Virus record (IMG/VR): IMGVR_UViG_3300036985_007703
Location: 104,533-168,532 of that record
Source: a virus
DNA length: 64,000 nt
Direction: 5' to 3' (one strand)
The notes beneath the pieces are model-generated. The model saw nothing but the letters and a program-made list of their open reading frames with translations, was not told the DNA's origin and made no database searches. Position 1 is the first letter of the stretch. Every line of letters starts with the position of its first letter. Below are positions 1 through 9,002 of the stretch, in pieces. The position numbers and the translations under genes are program-made.

Positions 1-141
1 CAGCTCCACGCTGACCGTCTTCGTGGGCTTCGCCACCAGCTTCACGTCCGGGCCAAAGCTCGCGTTGCCCAGCTTTTCCGGCTTGAAGATGAACCGATAG
101 CGCCCCGTGAGGCGCTCTAGCAACATGCGCATGGTGCCCAT
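1..141 (-). CDS. Hypothetical protein, N-terminal part (runs off window); degenerate MRMLLERL leader
   Basis: Manual translation MGTMRMLLERLTGRYRFIFKPEK..., directly after the stop of the upstream gene. Confidence 0.6.
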   Translation of the reverse strand, partial: MGTMRMLLERLTGRYRFIFKPEKLGNASFGPDVKLVAKPTKTVSVEL

Positions 142-143
142 GG

Positions 144-716
144 TCACGCCCCTTCGATCCGCTGCGCGGCGACCACCTGCTCCTCGGCCGTCTCCAGATC
201 GCCCGCCCGCAACGCCTTGAGCGCCACGAGGGCCGCCCCCTGCGCCTTGGGGCTCCACTCAGCCATCCAGTTGTCCCCCGCGGCCACGTGCCCATGGAAC
301 TTCCGCATCGCGTTGAGCGCCTTAGCGTCCGCCGCCGTGAGGACCCATGCCTTATCCGCTGGCCCCATCCGGCCGCCCCACTTATTCCCCTCTGCCTCAA
401 TCATCGCGCGCATGCCAGCATAGTCCTGGCTCTCGCCGAAGGCCCGCGCAAGCCCCTTTGAGGAGTGCCGCTGGGCCGCGGGGACCTTCACCAAGATCCC
501 CTTGGGGGACCGCATGACCTTGAACTTCGGCTTTTCCGCTGCAGCCTGCCGCTTGATCCGCTTGCGCATGCCCTTGCTGGTCTTTACCCACTTGCCAAAG
601 ACCATCTTCTCGTCTGCGCCATGCTGCGCCAGCTCCTCGGGCGCGTGCTTCTGCGCCACGTCCCGCAGGGTCATGGCCTCTTGGAGATCCTCGATCAATC
701 GCCTCATGCTTCGCAT
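144..716 (-). CDS. Putative internal head protein (leader MRRLIEDLQE)
   Basis: ORF with AGGAG RBS, Lys-rich, shared leader. Confidence 0.6.
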   Translation of the reverse strand: MRSMRRLIEDLQEAMTLRDVAQKHAPEELAQHGADEKMVFGKWVKTSKGMRKRIKRQAAAEKPKFKVMRSPKGILVKVPAAQRHSSKGLARAFGESQDYAGMRAMIEAEGNKWGGRMGPADKAWVLTAADAKALNAMRKFHGHVAAGDNWMAEWSPKAQGAALVALKALRAGDLETAEEQVVAAQRIEGA

Positions 717-729
717 CGTCGTCTCCTGC

Positions 730-1185
730 TCACACGGCCTTGAGGCCGCTCGCAAAGGCGCGGTCCCGCGCCGGTTGTACCCGCTCCGTCCGGTAGGCCC
801 GGTTGAGGCTCTTGCGGATCACGCTCCGGTCCACGCTGCGCCCCACGTCCGCGAGGGCCGCGCGCATCCGGCCGTCGTCCGCCAGGGCCTCCGCGTCCCG
901 CAGGCGCCAGCGCGCCGTCCACCAGTAGCCCAGGGGGCTGCGCGTCCACCGCAGGAGGACCCACGGGGTCCCGCCCGCCCAGCGGGGGGCCCGCACCGTG
1001 AGGCGCACCTCGCCCCCGCCCAGGCGCCCCCGGATCGGGGCCCGCAGCCGCCCCTGCACCCAGCCCGCCGTGCGCTCCAGGGGCGCCGTCCACCGCGCAG
1101 GCGCATTGGGCCGCACACGCCCCCCGTGCGTCAGCACGGTCAGCACGTGGTCCAGGGCCAGCTGCACGGCGTCATCGGGGGTCAT
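730..1185 (-). CDS. Hypothetical protein
   Basis: ORF coupled by ATGA overlap. Confidence 0.55.
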   Translation of the reverse strand: MTPDDAVQLALDHVLTVLTHGGRVRPNAPARWTAPLERTAGWVQGRLRAPIRGRLGGGEVRLTVRAPRWAGGTPWVLLRWTRSPLGYWWTARWRLRDAEALADDGRMRAALADVGRSVDRSVIRKSLNRAYRTERVQPARDRAFASGLKAV

Positions 1186-1586
1186 CGGCGGCGCTTGTCC
1201 CGCATGCTATCCGGTGGCCAGTCCATGCGATCCGCCGGGTCGCTCGGCTGCTTGGGCTCCTCATGGCGCACGTCCACCGTGAGGCCGTCGCGCCCCGGCA
1301 GCGTGATGCGCTTGCCCAGCTTCCCGGCCAGCATCTTCTGGACCTTGGCCGCGGGGACGTCCGCGCGCTCCAGCGCGGCGCGGAGGTCATCCTCGTCTAC
1401 CGGCCACTGCTCGATGGCGCCCTCGCTGACATCGTAGATCTCCTCGTCGCTCAGGTCGGCCACCCACCCCTCGTCCGGGTCCAGCACGAAGGCCGTGACC
1501 TTGACCCGCGTGTGGCTCGTGACCGTCTCCATGCGCCCCGCGCGCCCCTCGACCAGCGCCCGCAGGCGGCTGCTCAGCGTGCCCAT
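1182..1586 (-). CDS. Putative internal head protein (leader ...RLRALVE-G)
   Basis: AGGAGG RBS, leader motif. Confidence 0.55.
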   Translation of the reverse strand: MGTLSSRLRALVEGRAGRMETVTSHTRVKVTAFVLDPDEGWVADLSDEEIYDVSEGAIEQWPVDEDDLRAALERADVPAAKVQKMLAGKLGKRITLPGRDGLTVDVRHEEPKQPSDPADRMDWPPDSMRDKRRR

Positions 1587-1599
1587 CGTCGCCTCCTTG

Positions 1600-2208
1600 C
1601 TACATCCCGCGGCGGTCGCCCGCTGCGTTCTTGCCCGCCGTCGTCAGGCTCAGCGCCCCCGCCTTGTTCTTAGCCAACATCTTCTTGGCCACCAGGGCAT
1701 CGATCTCGTCCGAGGTCACCTTGTTGTCCGCCAACAGCTCCTTCCGGTACGCCGACGTGAAGCCCATCATGGCCAGGATGCGCGCCTCGCGCTCCGTCAC
1801 GTCCGCGTTGCCCGGCAGCAGGGGCGCCAGCGCGCTCGGGTGCACGTAGATGCTCGCCGAGGTCCCGTGGTAGCCCGTGGTCCCCACGATCGCCGCCCCG
1901 TCCGGCGGCAAGGGATAGCGCTCCTGCACGGTGTCGATCGACCGGCTCGTAAACATGTTGGCCCCGCCCCAGGAGCCCTCGGAGGCCTTGTAAACCCCGG
2001 TCGCCAGGTTGACGACCACAGCAAAGCCCTTCTGGCCGTCCCCCGCGTAGGGGTTCAGGTCGACATCCGTGCGCGCCGACACGTGGATGTCCCGGCGCCC
2101 GTAGCCCACGCTCTTCAGGGCCTTCTGCAGGGGCGCCGGCAGCTCCTTCACCGCCACCGCCGTGCCGCCGCTAAGCCCCTCTTCCAGTCGCTCCAACAAC
2201 GCTCTCAT
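1600..2208 (-). CDS. Putative internal head protein (MRALLERLEE-G), possible C-terminal winged helix
   Basis: Start reassigned to ATG at 2208 (ATGA overlap). C-terminus EIDALVAKKMLAK..GALSLTTAG is wHTH-like. Confidence 0.6.
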   Translation of the reverse strand: MRALLERLEEGLSGGTAVAVKELPAPLQKALKSVGYGRRDIHVSARTDVDLNPYAGDGQKGFAVVVNLATGVYKASEGSWGGANMFTSRSIDTVQERYPLPPDGAAIVGTTGYHGTSASIYVHPSALAPLLPGNADVTEREARILAMMGFTSAYRKELLADNKVTSDEIDALVAKKMLAKNKAGALSLTTAGKNAAGDRRGM

Positions 2209-2441
2209 GGCTTCCTCACCACGCGGTCCATCCGGCCGCGCCGCTCCAGCTCCGCCAGCATCTCGTCCTTCGCCGCCCCCACCCAGACCTGGCCCGTGCT
2301 CGGCGACCACAGGATCTCCTCGCCCGCCGCGTAGGCCCCGCCGATCCCCGTGCCCGCGCGGGGCGCCGGTTTTAGCTCCATGGGCAGGCCCTCGCGGCGG
2401 ACCCGGAAACCCTCCTCCAAGCGGGTCAGCAGGGCGCGCAT
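2205..2441 (-). CDS. Putative internal head protein (MRALLTRLEE-G), paralog of 2447..2713
   Basis: Leader motif, shared AGT..G.AY..GEE.L..P...GA.KD core. Confidence 0.6.
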   Translation of the reverse strand: MRALLTRLEEGFRVRREGLPMELKPAPRAGTGIGGAYAAGEEILWSPSTGQVWVGAAKDEMLAELERRGRMDRVVRKP

Positions 2442-2446
2442 CGCCC

Positions 2447-2713
2447 TCAGTAGCCCCCGCCCATGAAGGCCTCGTCGTCCCGCGCCGCCTGGAACTCGCG
2501 CCACGCCTTGTCCTTGTTGGCGCCCGCCAGGATGAGCTTGTCGTTGGGGTAGTAGAGGACCTCCTCGCCCTTCTTGTAGGCCAGGCCCTTGGCATCGGTC
2601 CCCGCGGCCTTCGCCTTCATCAGGTAGGGGTCACGCCCGCGCCCGCCGCTGCGCCCCCCCCACTCCACGATCGTCCGCAGGTCCGCCGCCAAGGCCCGTA
2701 GGTTCCGTGCCAT
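2447..2713 (-). CDS. Putative internal head protein, paralog of 2205..2441
   Basis: AGGAG RBS at 2722-2726, leader LRALAADLRTIVE. Confidence 0.6.
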   Translation of the reverse strand: MARNLRALAADLRTIVEWGGRSGGRGRDPYLMKAKAAGTDAKGLAYKKGEEVLYYPNDKLILAGANKDKAWREFQAARDDEAFMGGGY

Positions 2714-2753
2714 CGTCATCGCTCCTTGCGCATGCGCATACGCAGCGCCGTTG

Positions 2754-3185
2754 TCACTTGTCCTCGACCAGCAGCCCCGGCTTGGGGCCGTCGACCACCG
2801 TGCGGTCCGCCGAGGGGCTGTCCTCACGGTCGGCCGCCTCCTGGTCCGCCACGTCCATGGCGCTCGTGTCCGCCCACTGGGGCTGCGCCGCATCGGGGTC
2901 CCCCGCCGGCGCCGCCACCGGCGCCCGGCTGAGGGCCGCCGTGACCGCCATGGCCACGGCCTCGCCCTGCTTGGCCGCCCGGCGCACCGCGATGGCCGCG
3001 CCCTGTTGCCCGTGGTCCGCGATGCCCTGCGCGAGGAGCCACGCCCCGACGAGCCCAAGGACCGTCAGCATGGTCTCCTCGTCGATGCGCTTTCCCGTCA
3101 GCGCGTTGGTCAGGTACGCCGCCACGCTGATGAGCATCACGATCAACTTCCGGCTCTCGATCTTCAGCTTCGCCAGCCACGTCAT
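2754..3185 (-). CDS. Holin-like membrane protein
   Basis: N-terminal KIESRKL followed by two hydrophobic segments and an acidic tail. Confidence 0.55.
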   Translation of the reverse strand: MTWLAKLKIESRKLIVMLISVAAYLTNALTGKRIDEETMLTVLGLVGAWLLAQGIADHGQQGAAIAVRRAAKQGEAVAMAVTAALSRAPVAAPAGDPDAAQPQWADTSAMDVADQEAADREDSPSADRTVVDGPKPGLLVEDK

Positions 3186-3193
3186 GGATCACC

Positions 3194-3850
3194 TCACGCA
3201 GTCTTGACCAACGCCGCGATGCCCAACCCGATGGGCGCCGCTGCCGCCATCATATCCGACTTGCTGGCCCCCAGCACGATCTCCTCGATCGCGTGGGGCT
3301 GCAGCTCCAGCTCCATCATGCTCACCTCGGCGCTGTTCGCGTCGAAGTCCGTCCCCGCCTTGTACCGCGTGGGGAGGCAGTCCCAGAGGACCCAGACGCG
3401 CCCCGGCACGAACGAGGCGCCCTCCCAGGTCTCCAGGGGGGCCGGGAGGTCGAGGTTGTAGCCCCCCGCCTCCTGGAAGGCGTTCACGCCCGTGTAGTGG
3501 ATGAGGAGCAGGGTGCGCTGCACCATGTCGGAGCCGCGCATCGCCCGCTTCACCCAGTCGTACAGCGTGTCGTCGTTCATGCGGGCCCCGCGCGTCAGCG
3601 AGATCGGCCCGCAGCCGCCCCCCTCGTAGGCCACCGTGGTCCACATGGAGTTGAGCTGCTTGATCTCCCGCGTCTGCAGGGTGATCTCCGGGGCCGTGAT
3701 GCTCGCGAACCCGTACATGGGCGAGCCCAACACGAAGAAGGGGAAGGTCGTCGAGGGGATCAGGTCCAGCAGCCAGAAGCGGTGCGCCTGCAGCAGGTCG
3801 AACATGCGACTCTTGCTGACCGCCTTGAGCGTGTTCCGCACATCGACCAC
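3194..3850 (-). CDS. T4 gp19-like tail tube paralog (minor tube/initiator)
   Basis: GFASITAPEIT, ISLTRG, LYDW, P.RYKAGTDFDANSAEVSMMELEL. Confidence 0.75.
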   Translation of the reverse strand: MVDVRNTLKAVSKSRMFDLLQAHRFWLLDLIPSTTFPFFVLGSPMYGFASITAPEITLQTREIKQLNSMWTTVAYEGGGCGPISLTRGARMNDDTLYDWVKRAMRGSDMVQRTLLLIHYTGVNAFQEAGGYNLDLPAPLETWEGASFVPGRVWVLWDCLPTRYKAGTDFDANSAEVSMMELELQPHAIEEIVLGASKSDMMAAAAPIGLGIAALVKTA

Positions 3851-3898
3851 TGCCTACCTCATGGCCCCGCGCCCCCCGCCGCGGGGAGGCCGCAGGGA

Positions 3899-4417
3899 TC
3901 AGACCGTCTCACCGTTGATCTTCAGCTCGACCGACTCGACCGCGAGGCCGAACTCGGCGATCGACACGTCGCCGCTCGTCGCGTCCATGTCCGCCGCGAG
4001 CTTCACGCGGATCGGCACGCACTCCCGGCAGATGTACTCGCGCGTCGCGCCGCTGGCCGCCACGAGGTTGGCGCCGAAGGCGTCCTCGCGGCTGAAGTGC
4101 AGGATCTGGAGGTCGGCGCGGTACTCGCCGCCCTTCGCCGCGCTCTGGCCCCAGCGCCAGAAGTCGCTATCCAGGGCCGTGATGCCGCGGGTCAGGGTGA
4201 CCTCGCTGAACGTCGGGATGCCGCTGAGCTTCTTCGTGAAGATCGTCGTGCCCTCACGGTACTCCACGGCGTCCATCGTCAGCTCGGGGATGCTCAGCGT
4301 GTTGAAGCCCGCCTGGACCTTGAACACGTCCCCCTGCGACCCGATGGGCGAGCCGTCGATGACCCGCGCGTGGTAGCGGAAATTCTGAAAGAAGTCGGTC
4401 GTGATTGCCCGTGCCAT
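3899..4417 (-). CDS. Tail tube protein (T4 gp19 family)
   Basis: NFRY, AGF, VEYREG, KLSG..FSEVTLTRG, DATSGDVSIAE; downstream of sheath. Confidence 0.88.
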   Translation of the reverse strand: MARAITTDFFQNFRYHARVIDGSPIGSQGDVFKVQAGFNTLSIPELTMDAVEYREGTTIFTKKLSGIPTFSEVTLTRGITALDSDFWRWGQSAAKGGEYRADLQILHFSREDAFGANLVAASGATREYICRECVPIRVKLAADMDATSGDVSIAEFGLAVESVELKINGETV

Positions 4418-4448
4418 ATCTGCTCCTTTTGTCCTTCTAGCCCGGCCC

Positions 4449-4904
4449 TCAGCCCGGCAGCGTTTCCGTCCCGATGACGCCCGGCAGCGTCTGCGGCCAG
4501 CCCCTGAACGCGCACACCACCACGCGCCCCAGCGCGGTGCAGGCGAGCGAACTCTCCACCTTGAGCTTCCACCCCGGCGGCACGAGGACCCCGTTGCTGC
4601 CGAAGCGCAAGGAGCCCGTCCCCGCCGCGAGGCTCTCGACCTTGTAGACGTTGTTGGTGCCGTCCACGAGGCTCACCGTGATCGTCGGGGATCCCCCCGT
4701 GGGGAGGTTCCACGCCACGTACTCCACCCGCATGCCGACGCGCGCGTGGGCCGGGAAGAGCCCACCCTTGGTCCCCGCCGTGAAGACCTGGATGCGCCCG
4801 CGCTCGATCGTCTCCTCCGAGCTGACGCCATCCGTGGCCGTCCCATCGATGTGGCCCGAGGTCGCCACCTCATGGATTTTCATCACCGCAAATACATCCG
4901 TCAT
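4449..4904 (-). CDS. Hypothetical virion protein
   Basis: ORF between sheath and tube, GAGGAGG RBS. Confidence 0.6.
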   Translation of the reverse strand: MTDVFAVMKIHEVATSGHIDGTATDGVSSEETIERGRIQVFTAGTKGGLFPAHARVGMRVEYVAWNLPTGGSPTITVSLVDGTNNVYKVESLAAGTGSLRFGSNGVLVPPGWKLKVESSLACTALGRVVVCAFRGWPQTLPGVIGTETLPG

Positions 4905-4945
4905 CGCCGCCTCCTCTGGCTGCGCCTACCGCCCGCCGCGCTCGC

Positions 4946-7495
4946 TCACACCAGGGCCTTCTGCGAGAAACGGAACACTATGAACTCCGCGGGCTTGTTC
5001 GACGCGAGGCCCACGTCAACGAACATGAGGCCCTGGTCCACGGTGTTCTGCGGGTTGTTGGTCTTGTCGCAGATCACGAAGAAGGCCTCCTTGGGCGAGG
5101 TCCCCGCGAAGTACCCTTGCTGGAAGAGGCCGAGCAGGAACGTGTCGAGCTGGAGCTTCACGCGGCCCCACAACTGGGGCCCATTGTTCTCGAAGACATG
5201 CACGTGAGTCGCGTTGAACACGCTCTTCTCCACGAACTGGAACAAGCGCGTCATCTGGATGTAAGGCCAATCGCCGCCCGCGATGTCGAGGGTCTTGGCG
5301 CCCCAGATCACGCGGCCCGTCTGCGGCCAGCTCACGAGGCAGTTGAGCTTGTCCTGGTAGCAGATGCCCACCTGCAGCGGGGTGAGGTCGCGCTCCAGGC
5401 CGATCTGCCAGCTCAGCGCGCCGTCGCCCGTGCCGGCCGGCGCCTTGCCGACGTTCTTGTTGATGTCGGTCGTCGCGTAGCGTCCCGCCACGTGGCCGCC
5501 GCAGGGCAGGTTGATGGCCGCCTGGGTCACGGGGTCGATCACGCGCACGTGCGGGTAGTACACCGCGGCGTACTTCGTGAAGCGGCCCAGGGTGAACTTC
5601 TTCCAGTTCACGGCCTCTTGCGGTTCCAGGCCCTCCGGCGCGGTGAAGATCGCGAACTTGTCCTTGCGGAGCATGGCGTAGTCGATGACGTCCGTGCAGA
5701 CCAGCTCGTCGGTTTGGAAGTCGGCGACCACGACGCTCATCATCGCGTCCACTTGGTCGAGGGCGTAGAGGCCCTTGTAGTCCGCGACGAGCGTGGCGCC
5801 CGTCACGTCGCTGCGGTCGAGGGCCGAGCCGTCGGCGCCGTCGAAGAACTGCACGACCACGGCCGCGCCGGGCTGCGTGTAGTAGGTCGCGGTCTGCGGC
5901 TTCGTGATCGGGGCCTGGGCGGGGTAGGTGTCCGCCGTGGGGCCCGCGGCCGGGTTGCCCGCGATCTTCCACGTCAGCGTGCAGGCGCCCGTGGTGTAGT
6001 CCACGCGGTTCGTGCCGTTGCTGTTGAGGGCGTAGGCGCCGCAGGGGCGCTGCAGGCTGAGGTTGCCGTTGCCGTCGTCGATCACGACGGGCCCGTAGTA
6101 AAGCTGCGTGATGCGCACCGCCGCCACCCCGTCGAACGTGTCGGCGAGCCCGCTCACATCGAGGGCCAGGGCCCCTGTCAGGTAGTTCACGGTGCCCACG
6201 GTGGTGCCCGTGCAGTTGCCGGCCACGACCAGCTTGAGGTTGCCCGCGCCGTCGTCGCCCGCGATCTTGGCGCCGTCCCCGTCCAGGGTAAAGCTCACGA
6301 GCACGCCCGCGGCCACCGAGGTCTTCGCGGTCGAGGTGTTGGGGTGGAGCTGGGTCGGCGTCGCCGGGGTCCATGCCCACGTGGTGTCCGTGACGAGCGG
6401 GATCGTCGTGATGATCGGCAGCGGGCTGTGCTTGAAGCCGAACTGCATCGCCAGGGTGGTCTTCGCCACCGATGTGCCGATCTGGTACACGAACTCCTTG
6501 TTGGCGCCGTTGTAGGCCGGGGAGTTGCTGACGTCCCTGGACGCGTAGTGCGTGCCCGCCAGCTCGGGGGGCAGCTCGCGGTTGAAGGCCACGACCGCGG
6601 CGATGTCGGAACCCGCGTTGAGGTCGTTCAGCACCGTGGCGATGAACTGCGGGCTGCTCGCGTCATCGAGCACCACGCCCTGATAGGTCTCGAACGTGTT
6701 CCAGCCCTGGATTTTCTCGATGTACTCATCGATGGTCACGTCGAAGCGCGTGTAGCTCGCCGTGGCGGCCACGTAGTAGTCGGGGGTCCCGCTGACCACG
6801 GCGCGGTAGTTGTTGCCCGCGAGGCCCGGCCACTTCAGGTCGAAGCGGAAGGTCTCGTAGACCCAGCTTGCCGTGAGGAACTGGCCCGCCGGGAAGTCGG
6901 CCGGCGTGCCGAAGGTGAGGTGCACCTCGCCGGTCTCGTAGTCGATCGAGCCCGTGGTGTCCACGCCATCGTCGAACCCGCCCGTGCCCGTGACGGTGAA
7001 GGTCCCATCGCCGTTGTCGGTGAAGGTGCCGATCTTCGGCACGACCTCGCCATCCGTCGTCGTCAGCACCAAGGAGGCGGCCAGCGTGTAGGGGCTGGGG
7101 CCGTAGCTGCCGTGCGGGACCACCGGGGTCTTGGGCAGGCTGAAGCTGTAGCTCGCCGCGCTGTCGCCCTCCACCACGTCCATGCCCTGGACGTCTTTGG
7201 TGAGGAAGCAGCGCGCCTTCACGGCGTCGACCTCGTGGACCACGCGCACGAAGTACAAAGTGGTGCCGCCGTTCTGGAAGAACGCGTAGGCCTCGGTCGG
7301 GGCCAGCGAGGCCGCGGTGAAGTCGCCGAACTTGGCCGTGAACTCCTGGAAGGAGGTCACGATAGTCGGCTTGTTCGTCGGGCCTTTCTTGGAGAACCCG
7401 ATCAGGCCGAGGTTGCTGGTGCTCACGCCCTGGATGGGGCCCGGCCCGCTGCTGCGCTCCTCGATGTACACGCCCGGATAGTTACGCTCTGGCAT
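4946..7495 (-). CDS. Contractile tail sheath protein with large insertion
   Basis: YPGVYIEE, GPTNKPT.VTSFQEF..KFG, AAVYYP, KAPAG, IWGAKTL, VFENNGP.LW, KPAEFIVFRF. Confidence 0.95.
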   Translation of the reverse strand: MPERNYPGVYIEERSSGPGPIQGVSTSNLGLIGFSKKGPTNKPTIVTSFQEFTAKFGDFTAASLAPTEAYAFFQNGGTTLYFVRVVHEVDAVKARCFLTKDVQGMDVVEGDSAASYSFSLPKTPVVPHGSYGPSPYTLAASLVLTTTDGEVVPKIGTFTDNGDGTFTVTGTGGFDDGVDTTGSIDYETGEVHLTFGTPADFPAGQFLTASWVYETFRFDLKWPGLAGNNYRAVVSGTPDYYVAATASYTRFDVTIDEYIEKIQGWNTFETYQGVVLDDASSPQFIATVLNDLNAGSDIAAVVAFNRELPPELAGTHYASRDVSNSPAYNGANKEFVYQIGTSVAKTTLAMQFGFKHSPLPIITTIPLVTDTTWAWTPATPTQLHPNTSTAKTSVAAGVLVSFTLDGDGAKIAGDDGAGNLKLVVAGNCTGTTVGTVNYLTGALALDVSGLADTFDGVAAVRITQLYYGPVVIDDGNGNLSLQRPCGAYALNSNGTNRVDYTTGACTLTWKIAGNPAAGPTADTYPAQAPITKPQTATYYTQPGAAVVVQFFDGADGSALDRSDVTGATLVADYKGLYALDQVDAMMSVVVADFQTDELVCTDVIDYAMLRKDKFAIFTAPEGLEPQEAVNWKKFTLGRFTKYAAVYYPHVRVIDPVTQAAINLPCGGHVAGRYATTDINKNVGKAPAGTGDGALSWQIGLERDLTPLQVGICYQDKLNCLVSWPQTGRVIWGAKTLDIAGGDWPYIQMTRLFQFVEKSVFNATHVHVFENNGPQLWGRVKLQLDTFLLGLFQQGYFAGTSPKEAFFVICDKTNNPQNTVDQGLMFVDVGLASNKPAEFIVFRFSQKALV

Positions 7496-7580
7496 CTGTC
7501 GATCCTCCCGTCGCCCGCGCCATCCGGGCGGGCCGTCTTGCTAGTTCCCCGCGCCTCACGCGCGCGCTGTTGCCCGTCGT

Positions 7581-8024
7581 CTACCGCTTGCGCCGCCGCC
7601 CCCCCTCGGGGCTCTCCGCAGCGTCCCCCGCCTCCGCTGGCTGCTCCTGGTCCACCGTATCACCGGACGGCGGGGCGATCACCTTTTCCCCCGCCGCCAC
7701 GGCCCGCTCCAGGGCCGTGGGCTCGACCACGCCCACACTCACGGGGGGAAGATCGGGGTTGCGCGTGACGCCGCGCTCCGAGAAGTAACCCGCGAACTTC
7801 GTGGGGGTCAGCGCCGTGCCGCCCCCCTCCACCTGCATGGGGTGCACGCCGGGCTTCGCGTCCGCGGGCCGCCCGCAAGGGCGCAGGACTCCGCGCTTCA
7901 CCATGGACTCCGTGCTGGGCACGAGCTGGTGGACCTCCACCTTGCCGTACGGCGGCACCGCCACCGTGTTGCCCATGCCCGTTGCGACCGACTGCACCCG
8001 ACTGCCCGTATAGAGGTACCACAT
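7581..8024 (-). CDS. Hypothetical protein
   Basis: ATG overlapping the upstream TAA (MWYLYTG...). Confidence 0.55.
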   Translation of the reverse strand: MWYLYTGSRVQSVATGMGNTVAVPPYGKVEVHQLVPSTESMVKRGVLRPCGRPADAKPGVHPMQVEGGGTALTPTKFAGYFSERGVTRNPDLPPVSVGVVEPTALERAVAAGEKVIAPPSGDTVDQEQPAEAGDAAESPEGGRRRKR

Positions 8025-8740
8025 TAGAACTTCGCTCCTTGCCCGCCCACCGCAGGCCGGTAGTTGTACATCGCCAAATCCACGACCTGCAGCGCCGGCC
8101 AATTCTCCGACTCGCAGAGGTCGATCTCCGCCCGCACCGTCCACGACACCGTGAAGCCCACCGAGCGGTTCGCGATGTCCGTGAGGTCGGACACGTCCGA
8201 GATGTTCAGGTCGCCCGTGTCGTAATGCCGCACGTCCCCCTTGCTGTCGGTGACGGCCAGGGGGAACCACGGCGGCTTGCACGCCCGCAGGATCTGCATG
8301 AGCATCCGCGTGGAGTCCGTGCGCAGGCGCGCGAAGCCCTGCACGTCATAGGCGAAATTGAAGGGGTGCGCGTTCCAGCGCTCCGCATACTGGTCATAGC
8401 CGCGCTCGCCCGTGGGGAGGACCACGGGGCGCGCCCCCGGCGCCGCGATGCGCTCGGTGCCGTACCACGGCGCCCGGTCGTAGGCCACGTCCAGGCTGTT
8501 CCGCTTGATCACGTACGCCGGCAGGATGTGGTGCTGGTAGGCGTCGTCCGGCGCGCCCCAGAAGATGGGCACGCGCCCCCCGAGGTGGGCGAGGTCCGTG
8601 GGGAGGTCGCGCACGGTCACCGCATAGGCCTGGCGCTGCGTGCCGTCCACGGCGTAGCTCACCAGCTCGCCGCCGAAGGCCCGCATCACGCCCTCATCAA
8701 AGGCGCGGATGCCCACGGTGCTAAACGCGCTCTCGACCAC
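8024..8740 (-). CDS. Putative tail completion/terminator protein
   Basis: Position upstream of sheath, LPAYVI.R and PFNFAYDV pattern. Confidence 0.5.
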   Translation of the reverse strand: MVESAFSTVGIRAFDEGVMRAFGGELVSYAVDGTQRQAYAVTVRDLPTDLAHLGGRVPIFWGAPDDAYQHHILPAYVIKRNSLDVAYDRAPWYGTERIAAPGARPVVLPTGERGYDQYAERWNAHPFNFAYDVQGFARLRTDSTRMLMQILRACKPPWFPLAVTDSKGDVRHYDTGDLNISDVSDLTDIANRSVGFTVSWTVRAEIDLCESENWPALQVVDLAMYNYRPAVGGQGAKF

Positions 8741-8780
8741 CTCGGCTCCTCACCGCGGGCTGCGCATGCGCATGCGCGGC

Positions 8781-8963
8781 CTACTCGTCGTCGTCATCGG
8801 GGGCATCGTCCCCCTCGTCGTCATCGTCGTCGTCGTCATCCTCGTCCCCCTCCTCGCCGGTCGCCACCGCGAGCGCCGTCTGCAGCGCGCCGTTCTGGCG
8901 CCGCAGCAACTCCGTCTCGATGTCCCCGAGCGTGCGATTCAACTGATCCAGCTTGTTCGGCAT
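8781..8963 (-). CDS. Small acidic protein
   Basis: AGGAG RBS, poly-Asp tail. Confidence 0.5.
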   Translation of the reverse strand: MPNKLDQLNRTLGDIETELLRRQNGALQTALAVATGEEGDEDDDDDDDDEGDDAPDDDDE

Positions 8964-9002
8964 GATGCTCTCCTTGGCTGTGCAACCCGACAACAGTCCG
9001 CA

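Noticed and set aside
3194-7495. Extracellular contractile injection system or tailocin
   Set aside because: Capsid, portal, terminase and neck genes are present, so this is a phage
8785-8850. TCG/TCA trinucleotide repeats (also 25980-26010)
   Set aside because: Simply encode Asp/Glu-rich tails
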